A stretch of 64,000 bases of DNA from Nitriliruptoraceae bacterium (GCA_040904765.1 JBBDST010000008.1:4219-68218), one strand, 5' to 3'; positions 18,261 through 27,725 are shown, counted from the first letter of the stretch. Made by a program: numbers and translations. Notes: generated by a model from the letters alone, not told the origin.

Positions 18261-19034
18261 TTATGCGTCTGCGAGCCGTGCGCGGATCCAAGTCAAGTCG
18301 GCCCGGTGCTCCTCAGCACCTCCGGGAGTTTCAAGCACTGTGTCGGTGTCACACAGACGCACCACTTCAGTGAGCAACGCGGCATTGATTTCACCCGTGC
18401 CAAGCGAGGCGTGCCGGTCACGCCCACTACCAGCAGCATCGCGCGAATCGTTTAAATGCACCAACGAAACCTGACCGACCAGATCGATAATGCTGCGTGT
18501 CGCAACTAACAAGTCTTCGCCGGCCGCATGCAAATGGCACGTGTCAAGACAGAACCCAACGGGTGTCTCGACGTCGTGGACACCTTCCCACAGCGCGTCG
18601 ATTTGGGCAACGTAACGGGCCATAGCATTTGCCCCACCGGCCGTGTTTTCGATTAACACGGGCACAGTACTTGCAATGCCTTCCAAGGCTCGACGCCAGT
18701 TACGGACGCCGTCAGCAAAAACTCCGTCTTTACCCACATGCCCGCCGTGAACAATTACGCCCTTCGCGCCGATCGCTTCGGCGGCGCTGAGCGCATCAGC
18801 AAGAGCTTTACGTGACGGATGACGTACCTTCGGGTTGGGGCTGGCAACGTTAATCAGATATGGCGCATGAACATAGATCGTTAGGTCTGAAGCAGCTAGA
18901 CGTGCCGCATCTTCACGTGGAGTCGGCCTCCGCCACGACTGTGGGGCAGAAAGGAACACTTGAACTACCTCAGCGCCGCGAGCAGCAGCTTCACTGAGCG
19001 GGTCAGCAGAGGGGACATGGGCTCCAAGACGCAC
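18261..19034 (-). CDS. nfo: deoxyribonuclease IV (endonuclease IV, AP endonuclease family 2)
   Basis: TIM-barrel metal-site motifs: VHAPYLINVASP, GVIVHGGH, CLDTCHLHAAG and VHLNDS. Confidence 0.8.
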   Translation of the reverse strand: MRLGAHVPSADPLSEAAARGAEVVQVFLSAPQSWRRPTPREDAARLAASDLTIYVHAPYLINVASPNPKVRHPSRKALADALSAAEAIGAKGVIVHGGHVGKDGVFADGVRNWRRALEGIASTVPVLIENTAGGANAMARYVAQIDALWEGVHDVETPVGFCLDTCHLHAAGEDLLVATRSIIDLVGQVSLVHLNDSRDAAGSGRDRHASLGTGEINAALLTEVVRLCDTDTVLETPGGAEEHRADLTWIRARLADA

Positions 19035-19201
19035 GGTGGACTCCTTGTAACTGGCGACCTAGGCAAGCGTAGGCGAAATGCTCACCCTGGCGGTTGCGCA
19101 CGCTCTTAAGCAACGGCTTCCACCTTTGCCACAATGGTCCACGGAGATGGTTCACTGTGGGTACTGTTTGCGCCTTGGCGGCACAACGAGGAGAGCGGCC
19201 T

Positions 19202-22162
19202 GTGAGCGGGGAATTTGGGGGACTAGAGCACCGCGTAGGGTTCCAAGAACGACACCTTGGAACTGATGCGAACGATCTTGCGGTGATGTTGGCAACCGTC
19301 GGCTACACCTCCACAGCAGACCTGCTCGACGACCTAGTCCCCGAAGCTATCCGCGACCGCACTCCAATCAACCTGCCCGAGGCAGTCACCGAAGCAGAAG
19401 TCCAACGCGAACTTCACGCACTGGCCAGCCTCAATACGCCACGGCGACCATTCATCGGACTTGGCTATCACGGCACCTTTACCCCGGCCGTGTTGCGCCG
19501 CAATATTTTGGAAAACCCCGGTTGGTACACCGCCTACACGCCGTATCAGCCCGAAATCAGCCAAGGCCGTCTTGAAGCACTGTTGGTATTTCAGACAATG
19601 GTGACGGATCTAACTGGTACCGAACTTGCCGGAGCATCTTTACTAGACGAGGCCACCGCTGCCGCTGAGGCGATGCAAATGTGCCGTCGCGTGTCAAAAA
19701 AAGTGGTTGATGTTCCCGAACGGGTCCTCGTTGATCGTCATTGTCACCCGCAAACCATCGCCGTACTGACCCAACGGGCTGAACCACTTGAAGTCACCGT
19801 CGATGTTGTTGACTTACGCACTGCAGATCTGCAACTCACCAACGCGACAGTGGCCGTGCTGCAGTCACCTGACACGCGCGGAGTGCTGCATGACGATGCT
19901 GCGTTAATCGAAACGCTCCATCAAGCAGACATTCAGGTTGTTGTCGCAACCGACTTACTTGCCTGCACCCTCATCACACCACCTGGTGAACAGGGAGCTG
20001 ATGCCGTTGTTGGTTCAACCCAACGTTTTGGCGTCCCGCTGTTCGCCGGAGGGCCCCATGCCGCGTTTCTGGCGACCCGTGAGGCCAACGCACGCCACCT
20101 GCCCGGCAGACTCGTCGGGGTTTCAGAAGACGTTGACGGACGTCCCGCATTTCGTTTGGCGCTCCAAACGCGAGAGCAGCACATCCGGCGCGAAAAGGCC
20201 ACCTCGAACATCTGTACCTCTCAAGTGCTGCTTGCCGTGATGGCCGGCATGTTCGCGGTCCATCACGGTCCGCAAGGCTTGACCCGAATCGCACGGCGCA
20301 CCCACGTGTTGAGCTCCGTGTTGCGTGCACAATTGATTGCAGCTGGGCTGTCAGTCGTTGGCGACACATGGTTTGACACGATCACGTTACGGGCAGGCGA
20401 GAAAGCCCGTGCCATGTTCGCTGCGGCACGTGAAGCCGGTTTTGAGCTTGGACGAGTGCCAGACGCAAGTGGCGCGCTGTATCCAGGTGACGGCGAGCAT
20501 GTACGGATCGCTCTTGATGAAACCGCAACGCTTGATGACATCACCGCGCTGGTTGCTGTTCTTGCCGGCATAGACACCAACGGTCTGCGTGCCGAGGCTG
20601 ACCGGCTCACGGGTGAACTGCCTGGCATTCCTCGTGTGATTGCGCGCACCAGCACATTTCTTAATGACCGACGTTTTTCTCTGTACCGCTCCGAAACTGA
20701 ACTGATGCGGTGGCTGCAACGGTTACGAAGCAAAGACATTGCGCTTGACCAGGCGATGATTCCTTTGGGTTCATGCACGATGAAACTCAACGCTGCTGTT
20801 GAAATGGAAGCCGTGAGCGACCCGGCGTTTGCTGCCGTCCATCCGTTTGCGCCCCGAAAAGATCTGGCAGGTACGGCACGTATCGTTGCCGATCTCGAAC
20901 AGTGGCTTGCCGAAATCACCGGATATGACGCTGTGAGTTTGCAGCCCAACAGTGGCGCTCAAGGCGAACTTGCGGGTCTACTTGCCATTCGCGGCTATCA
21001 CCAGGCGCGTGGCGATGAGCAACGAAACGTGTGCCTGATCCCCTCGTCAGCCCACGGCACAAACGCTGCTAGTGCAGTGATGGCAGGCATGCGTGTTGTC
21101 GTTGTGGGGTGTGATGACGCCGGCAATATCGCTGTCGATCAGTTGCGAAGTCTTGCCGCACAGTATGACGAAACACTTGCTGCAGTGATGGTGACTTACC
21201 CATCAACGCACGGCGTCTTTGAAGCCACCATCACCGAAGTGTGCGATATCGTCCACGGCCATGGCGGCCAGGTGTATCTCGACGGTGCCAACATGAACGC
21301 ACTGGTGGGTGTTGCACGTCCCGGCTGGTTTGGTGCGGATATCAGCCACCTCAACCTCCACAAGACGTTCTGTATTCCTCATGGGGGAGGAGGTCCCGGT
21401 GTTGGACCGGTCGCCTGCCGTACCCATCTGGCGCCTTATCTTCCCTCCCATCCGCTGTTTCCAGACGACCGTGCCTCGACAACAACCCATATGGTCGGTC
21501 CAATTGCGGCAGCGCCTTGGGGATCGGCTGGGATCCTGCAGATCAGTTGGGCTTATGTCCGACTCATGGGTGGGCAAGGGCTTCGTCTGGCAAGTGAAAA
21601 TGCGATCGTTGCTGCGAACTACATTGCGACTCGGCTTGGCGATGCTTTCCCCGTTTTGTACTCCGGTGCACATGGGCTTGTCGCACACGAAGCCATCATT
21701 GACGTTCGTCCGATGAAAGCAAGCTCTTCGGTGAGTAACGCTGACGTTGCCAAACGCCTTATCGATTACGGCTTTCATGCGCCAACCATGTCGTTTCCGG
21801 TAGCCGGAACGTTGATGATCGAACCCACCGAATCGGAAGCACGGGTTGAACTTGACCGGTTCTGTGACGCAATGCTTGCCATCCGTCAAGAAATCGACGC
21901 AGTGGAACGAGGCGTGTGGCCTCACGACAACAACCCACTGACAAATGCGCCACATCCGGCCCAGCGGCTGCTCAGCGAAACTTGGTCATACCCGTATCCA
22001 CGTCAAGTCGCGGCGTACCCATTGGCTTCAGTGACCCAACGCAAATACTGGGTCCCAGTGGGTCGTATCGACGACGCGTATGGCGATCGCAATCTGGTGT
22101 GTTCCTGTCCTCCAATCGAATCATTTGTAGAGGCCATCCCGGCGTCTACAACCGTGACATGA
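19202..22162 (+). CDS. gcvP: glycine dehydrogenase (aminomethyl-transferring), single-chain P protein
   Basis: About 985 aa. FQERHLG N-terminus, YTPYQPEISQGRLE, and the PLP lysine context NLHKTFCIPHGGGGPG. GTG 19202 is preceded by AGGAGA. Confidence 0.95.
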   Translation: MSGEFGGLEHRVGFQERHLGTDANDLAVMLATVGYTSTADLLDDLVPEAIRDRTPINLPEAVTEAEVQRELHALASLNTPRRPFIGLGYHGTFTPAVLRRNILENPGWYTAYTPYQPEISQGRLEALLVFQTMVTDLTGTELAGASLLDEATAAAEAMQMCRRVSKKVVDVPERVLVDRHCHPQTIAVLTQRAEPLEVTVDVVDLRTADLQLTNATVAVLQSPDTRGVLHDDAALIETLHQADIQVVVATDLLACTLITPPGEQGADAVVGSTQRFGVPLFAGGPHAAFLATREANARHLPGRLVGVSEDVDGRPAFRLALQTREQHIRREKATSNICTSQVLLAVMAGMFAVHHGPQGLTRIARRTHVLSSVLRAQLIAAGLSVVGDTWFDTITLRAGEKARAMFAAAREAGFELGRVPDASGALYPGDGEHVRIALDETATLDDITALVAVLAGIDTNGLRAEADRLTGELPGIPRVIARTSTFLNDRRFSLYRSETELMRWLQRLRSKDIALDQAMIPLGSCTMKLNAAVEMEAVSDPAFAAVHPFAPRKDLAGTARIVADLEQWLAEITGYDAVSLQPNSGAQGELAGLLAIRGYHQARGDEQRNVCLIPSSAHGTNAASAVMAGMRVVVVGCDDAGNIAVDQLRSLAAQYDETLAAVMVTYPSTHGVFEATITEVCDIVHGHGGQVYLDGANMNALVGVARPGWFGADISHLNLHKTFCIPHGGGGPGVGPVACRTHLAPYLPSHPLFPDDRASTTTHMVGPIAAAPWGSAGILQISWAYVRLMGGQGLRLASENAIVAANYIATRLGDAFPVLYSGAHGLVAHEAIIDVRPMKASSSVSNADVAKRLIDYGFHAPTMSFPVAGTLMIEPTESEARVELDRFCDAMLAIRQEIDAVERGVWPHDNNPLTNAPHPAQRLLSETWSYPYPRQVAAYPLASVTQRKYWVPVGRIDDAYGDRNLVCSCPPIESFVEAIPASTTVT

Positions 22163-22467
22163 GTACGTCACGAGCCTCTGGTCGCAGCCAGCGACGACGA
22201 GCGCTCGTGACGGTCTGTTTCGTGCTTGCTCTTGGCCTTGTGCCGACGCCGTTTAACGTCGTGTTTGCTAACGATCCGGTCGCTACTGTCTGGCGGCTCG
22301 ATGGGCGCTTGATGGCGAACGGACGCAGTGCAAACCCTGAAGGCCGCTGGTCTTTTGTTGCTATTGGCCGCCCGGAACTGTTCGTCGAAACCGTCACAAA
22401 ACGTGTTCGAGGGCGTGACTCCAGCAGCCAGCATGCGAACAGGCGGATCTTCCCGGGATGGAGTTAG
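22159..22467 (+). CDS. hypothetical membrane-anchored protein
   Basis: ATG overlaps the gcvP stop. It has a basic N-terminus followed by the hydrophobic helix ALVTVCFVLALGLV. I recognise no family motif. Confidence 0.35.
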   Translation: MSTSRASGRSQRRRALVTVCFVLALGLVPTPFNVVFANDPVATVWRLDGRLMANGRSANPEGRWSFVAIGRPELFVETVTKRVRGRDSSSQHANRRIFPGWS

Positions 22468-22672
22468 TGCCAGTGCAGCATGTAAGTGATGCCCTGACCT
22501 GGCTTAACGAGGTATGCCAAGACAATCGGCAGTCAAACAATGCGCCTGGGGCACGTGTGCGCCGCCGGTCTCATCGGGTAGGTTTACTGCTGCGCCAGTA
22601 ACATGCACTGGGAGTCGGCGCTACATCCGTTTGCAAAGCCGTTAAGGCAGTATCTGCCTGTAGAGGGGGAGC

Positions 22673-24040
22673 ATGATGGCGCAGGAAGTCGTCAGTCAAG
22701 AAACACAGAAAGTCGCAGAATTCTTGCGCGATGCCAAGCACACGCCACTACCCGACGACGTTGTGCGCAAAACGGCATACCACGTGCTTGACACGCTGGC
22801 AGCGATCTTGACCGGTGCACGCATGGAACCCGGTATCCGCGGCATCGAATACGTCAAACTGCAAGGTGGTGTCGATGAGGCGCTTGTCATGGGCACCGAC
22901 ATTCGCACCAACGCGACTCTTGCCGCTCTCGCCAACGGCATCTCCGCCCATGCAGATGAGACCGATGACTCACACGCTCCAACGCTAAGCCACCCAGGTT
23001 GTGCGGTAGTTCCGGCGGCTTTTGCCGTCGCTGAACGCCACGGCCGATCCGGCATGGAGCTGTTCCGCGGCATTTCGGCCGGTTATGACATTGGCACCCG
23101 CATGAACCTTGCTCTTGGCATGGACACCTTTTCAGCCTCAGACAGTTCACGGGCCAGCCATGCAATGATGAGCGTGTGGGGTGCCGCGGCCGCCGCCATC
23201 GCCCTAGAAGACTTGGACGAAGAACAGGTCCGCTGGGCACTGTCTTACAATGCGCAGCAAGCTTCCGGTGTCACCACCTGGCTGCGTGACGGCCGGCACG
23301 TCGAAAAGGCATTCGTGTTTGCCGGTATGGGAGCACGTAACGGTGTCGCATCAGCCACCATGGTCGCATCCGGTATGGATGGCGTGCTCGACGTGTTTAC
23401 CGGTCACCCAAACTTTTTCGATGCGGTGTCAACCTGTCACGACATCACCCAGATGAGTGCCCAACTGCACGAACGCTACGAGATTATGCGCACCAACATT
23501 AAAAAATATGCGGTTGGTTCGCCCGCCCAAGCTGCCGTGCAAGCCGCTGAAGATCTCGTAACGATGGATGGTCTGACTGCCGGCGAGGTCGAAGCGATGG
23601 AAATTCTGCTGCCTGCACACCTGGCAATGATCGTCAATAACCGGCATATGCCTGACATCAACTGCCAGTATCTGGTGGCCGGCACGATCCTCGACGGGCG
23701 TTTTAGTTTCGAAATGGCACATGACGAACCGCGCATGAAAGCCGCCGACATTGTCGATCTGATGAGCCGCATGACGTTAACCCCAGACGAGTCCACCCGC
23801 GGTACCCGCAGTGGTCGTGTCATCGTCAAGCGCAAAGACGGCTCAATGGTCGAACGTTTTGTTGAAGCGGTGCAGGGCACTTATGAGAATCCGATGCCAG
23901 AACCGCAGATCTTGGCAAAGTTTGAAGACCTGCTCGCGCCAACTATCGGTGCGGCAGAAACCGAAGAACTTATCGGCCTGATGCTCGACCCGGCCCAAAT
24001 TGATGACGTACGCGACTTACGGTCGTTACTGTCACGCTAA
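22673..24040 (+). CDS. MmgE/PrpD family protein (2-methylcitrate dehydratase superfamily)
   Basis: 455 aa. It has the family-typical pattern ILDTLAAILTG, HADETDDSH and SHPGCAVVPAA. Confidence 0.85.
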   Translation: MMAQEVVSQETQKVAEFLRDAKHTPLPDDVVRKTAYHVLDTLAAILTGARMEPGIRGIEYVKLQGGVDEALVMGTDIRTNATLAALANGISAHADETDDSHAPTLSHPGCAVVPAAFAVAERHGRSGMELFRGISAGYDIGTRMNLALGMDTFSASDSSRASHAMMSVWGAAAAAIALEDLDEEQVRWALSYNAQQASGVTTWLRDGRHVEKAFVFAGMGARNGVASATMVASGMDGVLDVFTGHPNFFDAVSTCHDITQMSAQLHERYEIMRTNIKKYAVGSPAQAAVQAAEDLVTMDGLTAGEVEAMEILLPAHLAMIVNNRHMPDINCQYLVAGTILDGRFSFEMAHDEPRMKAADIVDLMSRMTLTPDESTRGTRSGRVIVKRKDGSMVERFVEAVQGTYENPMPEPQILAKFEDLLAPTIGAAETEELIGLMLDPAQIDDVRDLRSLLSR

Positions 24041-24110
24041 GACACGAACGCGGTGTGGGCCCCAGTTTGTTGGCCTGCACCGCCTAATCACCACCCCAAG
24101 GAGAGAGCTG

Positions 24111-24461
24111 ATGAGTTTCGTTCATGACCTTGGCGGTACACGCGGCTTTTGGGAAGTAGAAATTGATCCCGAAGAAGACCACGGCTTTCACGAAGGCTGG
24201 GAAGCACGCGTGTTTGGCCTGTCGCGTGTCATTCGCGCCAACGGCGTCTGTACCACCGACGAATTTCGTCACGCGGTCGAACGCCTCGGGCCAGCCACCT
24301 ACTTATCAACCAGCTACTACGAACGCTGGTTGATGGCAGTTGAAAAAATTGCGATCGAAAAAGGCCTACTCGCCGAAGGCGACGTTGAACGTTTCTTGGC
24401 CGAACTGCCAGACGAACATGCAGATGATCATGATGATCATGACAGTCACGGAGACCACTGA
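24111..24461 (+). CDS. nitrile hydratase-family beta subunit, N-terminal half (separate ORF) with Asp/His-rich tail
   Basis: MSFVHDLGGTRGF, FHEGWEARVFGL, DEFRHAVERL and YLSTSYYERWL match the N-terminal part of NHase beta. It ends DEHADDHDDHDSHGDH. AAGGAGAG lies upstream of the ATG. Confidence 0.8.
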   Translation: MSFVHDLGGTRGFWEVEIDPEEDHGFHEGWEARVFGLSRVIRANGVCTTDEFRHAVERLGPATYLSTSYYERWLMAVEKIAIEKGLLAEGDVERFLAELPDEHADDHDDHDSHGDH

Positions 24462-24739
24462 TGGCCACGCCACGGTTTACCGTCGGCGACACGGTTCGCA
24501 CCCGTGTCGACAACCCGCCCGGACACACTCGCCTGCCTCGCTATGTCAGAGGACGGACCGGCGTGATCGAATCTGTCCGCGGAGCGGCGCCCGTTCCTGA
24601 CGAAACGGTCAAAAACGGCGTCAAAGGCGATGACGTACCGTTTTATGGTGTCCTGTTTGCCATGCAAGACCTTTGGGGCAACGATGCCGAAGCCGACGCT
24701 GAACTAGTGGTTGAACTGTGGGAGTCCTACCTGGAGTAG
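24461..24739 (+). CDS. nitrile hydratase-family beta subunit, C-terminal half (separate ORF)
   Basis: PRFTVGDTVRTR, PPGHTRLPRYVRGRTGVIE and ELWESYLE match the C-terminal SH3-like domain of NHase beta. The ATG overlaps the preceding stop by one base (TGATG). Confidence 0.8.
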   Translation: MATPRFTVGDTVRTRVDNPPGHTRLPRYVRGRTGVIESVRGAAPVPDETVKNGVKGDDVPFYGVLFAMQDLWGNDAEADAELVVELWESYLE

Positions 24740-24785
24740 GTAAAGGTCGCCGTACGCTTAGCCGTCACGCGAGGGAGAGTCCGCT

Positions 24786-25442
24786 ATGTCGAGTCATTCA
24801 TACGCAGCAGCACCGCAGTCACATAATCACGACAAAGACGCCACTCGGGTGGCATTAACGGCCCGTACCGCAGCGCTTGAAGCTGCACTTGTCGCCGGTG
24901 GCGTGTTGCAAAGCGAACAGGTCGACGAACTCGTTGAAACTTACGCAGAAAAACTTGGTCCTCGTCACGGTGCTGCGATGGTGGCACGCGCTTGGGTCGA
25001 TCCGACTTTTCGTCAACGTCTCGAAGAGGACGCGACCAGCATCATCCGCGACCTTGGCTACGACCTTGAAGGAAGCCAACACCGCGACTTGCCTTTCGCG
25101 ACTTTGCGTGCCGTGTTCAACACGCCAGAAGTCCACAATGTGATCGTCTGCACGTTATGTTCGTGCTACCCGCTCTTTGTGCTCGGGCCTCAACCTCGCT
25201 GGTACAAAAGCCCTGAATACCGCTCACGTATGGTGATTGAACCCACTCAAGTACTGAAAGAATTCGGGACGTCAGTGCCTGCCGGTAAGACCATCCGGGT
25301 GTGGGACTCCAACGCTGAAACCCGCTACCTCGTGATTCCCGAACGCCCCAAAGGCACCGAAGCAATGAACGAAGATCAACTGCGGGCACTCGTTACCCGC
25401 GACTCGATGATCGGCGTTACCGTCTTGCCGGACGTCGTTTAA
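24786..25442 (+). CDS. nitrile hydratase-family alpha subunit, cobalt-type metal site
   Basis: Metal-binding VCTLCSCYP (Thr and Tyr indicate the Co-type variant), then WYKSPEYRSRMV, IRVWDSNAETRYLVIPERP and LVTRDSMIG. Confidence 0.9.
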   Translation: MSSHSYAAAPQSHNHDKDATRVALTARTAALEAALVAGGVLQSEQVDELVETYAEKLGPRHGAAMVARAWVDPTFRQRLEEDATSIIRDLGYDLEGSQHRDLPFATLRAVFNTPEVHNVIVCTLCSCYPLFVLGPQPRWYKSPEYRSRMVIEPTQVLKEFGTSVPAGKTIRVWDSNAETRYLVIPERPKGTEAMNEDQLRALVTRDSMIGVTVLPDVV

Positions 25443-25446
25443 CCCG

Positions 25447-25641
25447 TTAATTCGGCGGGAAGGGAAGCACCGGCGGAATGGGCTCATAGGCGTCAAACTG
25501 GTCACCAAAGGCAGCCTCAACGTCAGCAACCGCCTGCATCAGTGCATTCGTGCGTGCAGCAACGTCAGCTACGTCACTATCAGGTAACGTCAAACCCACA
25601 GCGCGAGCCATCACACGAATATCGTCGTGAGACAAAGTCAA
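25447..25641 (-). CDS. small GatC/AtzG-like amidase partner protein (DUF4089-like), tentative
   Basis: 64 aa, starting 11 nt downstream of the amidase stop on the same strand. The pattern ARAVGLTLPDSDVADVA...PFPP resembles the AtzG/GatC-type mini-subunits as I remember them. Confidence 0.5.
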   Translation of the reverse strand: MTLSHDDIRVMARAVGLTLPDSDVADVAARTNALMQAVADVEAAFGDQFDAYEPIPPVLPFPPN

Positions 25642-25652
25642 AGCGTTCTCCT

Positions 25653-27086
25653 TTACAAGGCTGCCAGAGTCGGTCGGCGCGTATGCCAGCTTGTTGCTTG
25701 CTCATAGGCATGCCCCACCCGATAGACCACGTCTTCGCGAAATGGTGGAGCAACAATTTGAAACCCGATCGGCAGCACTTCGGCTTCAGTGAAGCCATTT
25801 AGTACCGACAACGCAGGAGTATTCGCCAAGCTAAACGGGTAGGAAAAAATCCGTGACTTGACGACTGCCTCCCAGAAATCCGTAGGTGACGAGAGTGGTT
25901 CAGCTTTGCGGCCAAGAATCGGGGCAGGTTGGGGTGTCATAGGTGTGACGAGGCAGTCAAGTGCATCAAACTGTGCAAGCACTTCAGCGCGAACAACCGC
26001 CCGACCCTGCATAGCTGTCGCATACGCCGAAGCAGGCATCAAACAAGCCGCAGCAAGGCGGGTACGAATGCCGTAATCGATCTCGTTGTAATGCTCACGC
26101 AAATACTTGCGCAACAGTTGTGTGGCCACATCAACATCAGAAGAAAGCATCAACAGTGGCACCGCATAAGACGCTGAAGGAAGAGTTACTGCTGTGACGG
26201 TTGCCCCAAGTTCACGGAGCGTTTCGACGGTCGCGTTAAACGCATGCTTGACATCGTCGCGAAGGGCCGGTGACTGCGCCAAGTTGGTCACCACACCGAT
26301 ACGAACGCCGGTTAGATCCATGGTGAGCATTTCACTGTATTTGGAAACTGGCGTAGCCACACTCAGTGGATCTCGCACGTCATAACCGGCCAATACTTCC
26401 AACACGAGGGCGTTGTCTTCAACTGTTCGGGTCAACGGGCCGATCGTGTCAGCTGTCCAGCCATACAGGTACCCGCCAAATCGTGATACCCGTCCAAATG
26501 TCGGGCGTAAACCGGCAAGACCGCAAGCAGCAGCAGGCATACGCACTGAGCCGCCGGTGTCTTCACCGATCGCAACCGAACATAAACCTGCCGCCATGGC
26601 TGCCGCAGATCCTTGAGATGACCCGGTGGGGGAATGGGCCAGGTTCCACGGGTTACGGGGTTCGCCGAAATCCCAACTAGTAGCGCCGCCTTTGCCGAAC
26701 TGGTCCAGATTGTGTTTGCCGATAAGAATCGCCCCGGCAGCATCGAGGCGTTCAACTACGGCAGCGTCAGTATCCACCTGGTTGGCGTGAAGCTGTTTCC
26801 AGGCCAGTGTGGTTGGCGCCGCACGCGTAAAAAACTGATCTTTAATGCCGTAAGTGACACCATGCAGTGGGCCTCGATACGCCCCGTTGGCAATTTCCGT
26901 TGCAGCGTGTGCTGCACGGCTTTGCGCATGCTCAGCCGTGACGGTGATGTAAGCGTTCAGGCTCGGGTTGAGTGCGTCGATTTGCGCCAGATACGCCTCG
27001 GTCAACTCGACAGGGGAGAGGAGGCGATCACGAATCAGATCAGACTGCTGACGCAGTGTCAGGGCCGTCAGTTCGCTGCTGATCAC
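25653..27086 (-). CDS. amidase (amidase-signature family, GatA/AtzE-like)
   Basis: AS motif GSSQGSAAAMAAGLCSVAIGEDTGGSVRMPAAACGLAGLRPTFGRVS, with the catalytic Lys context YGIKDQF. GTG start. Confidence 0.9.
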   Translation of the reverse strand: MISSELTALTLRQQSDLIRDRLLSPVELTEAYLAQIDALNPSLNAYITVTAEHAQSRAAHAATEIANGAYRGPLHGVTYGIKDQFFTRAAPTTLAWKQLHANQVDTDAAVVERLDAAGAILIGKHNLDQFGKGGATSWDFGEPRNPWNLAHSPTGSSQGSAAAMAAGLCSVAIGEDTGGSVRMPAAACGLAGLRPTFGRVSRFGGYLYGWTADTIGPLTRTVEDNALVLEVLAGYDVRDPLSVATPVSKYSEMLTMDLTGVRIGVVTNLAQSPALRDDVKHAFNATVETLRELGATVTAVTLPSASYAVPLLMLSSDVDVATQLLRKYLREHYNEIDYGIRTRLAAACLMPASAYATAMQGRAVVRAEVLAQFDALDCLVTPMTPQPAPILGRKAEPLSSPTDFWEAVVKSRIFSYPFSLANTPALSVLNGFTEAEVLPIGFQIVAPPFREDVVYRVGHAYEQATSWHTRRPTLAAL

Positions 27087-27224
27087 GAGTTTGAGCCTTT
27101 GTGCCGAAGGTCAAAGAAGTGTCTCAAAACTAGCAGCACAGTCGTCCTTATAGAGGTTTTGCATGTTGTCTCAAGACTAATGTGGATGCCGGTACCGTCT
27201 GAGAGTGTCTTCAAAGGGGCAGAT

Positions 27225-27725
27225 ATGGACCGTGTCGGCGATCTAGGTTCCGTCGAACAACTCCTAAACGGCGCGGCCGTGTGGGGAATCGAACTCGAAC
27301 CAAAGTTTCGTGTGCTTGGACTCACCCTAGAACCGGTCACCGATACGACTCAAACTGCACTCGGCACGGATTTAAGGGATACACGTCTCCAATTGGCATG
27401 TTTTCCGGTGTCGACCATCTTGGGGTCACTGCGACAAAACACTACCGATGGGGTGACTGTGCTGCGGTTCACCGAAGCACAACTCGTGGATGTCGTCGCC
27501 GCGTTTGACGGTGCTGAGCTTTCATCACCAATTTTTGGTCGGCCTGAACCACGGCCTGCCACATGGGCACCGACGTTTAGTCTCGAAGGCCGATCAAGCG
27601 CACCTGATGGCGTGAGTGCGACCATCACTGTGTCATTGCGCCGAGGCGATCTGGCTCTCGACTTGTTTGCCCGTTTTGATGAATGGCGTCTGCTTGACGC
27701 TACAGGCCAACCCGTCAACCTGTAA
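27225..27725 (+). CDS. hypothetical protein
   Basis: This is the 3' part of the 363-aa ORF, which is free of the amidase only from about 27090. ATG 27225 follows AAGGGG. No recognisable motif; the start is uncertain (ATG 27180 is an alternative). Confidence 0.4.
   Translation: MDRVGDLGSVEQLLNGAAVWGIELEPKFRVLGLTLEPVTDTTQTALGTDLRDTRLQLACFPVSTILGSLRQNTTDGVTVLRFTEAQLVDVVAAFDGAELSSPIFGRPEPRPATWAPTFSLEGRSSAPDGVSATITVSLRRGDLALDLFARFDEWRLLDATGQPVNL

Noticed and set aside
19035-19201. Expected a glycine riboswitch in the 167-bp divergent spacer upstream of gcvP
   Set aside because: I could not find the conserved aptamer elements (GGAGAG ... ACCGAAGGGGCAA ... CTCAGGCAAAAGGAC-type cores) on the plus strand. 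Only the Shine-Dalgarno-like AGGAGAG next to the start is present. A covariance-model scan would be the decisive test.
24111-24739. The split NHase beta as a frameshifted pseudogene
   Set aside because: Both halves are intact. The second half has its own ATG overlapping the first stop. The break falls in the naturally variable linker, and split-beta relatives exist (thiocyanate hydrolase, ToyKL). A sequencing indel cannot be excluded without reads.
26634-27224. 5' two-thirds of the 363-aa plus-strand ORF
   Set aside because: It lies antisense to the strongly supported amidase gene, and its translation has no motifs. Only the part downstream of the amidase start is kept as a possible gene.
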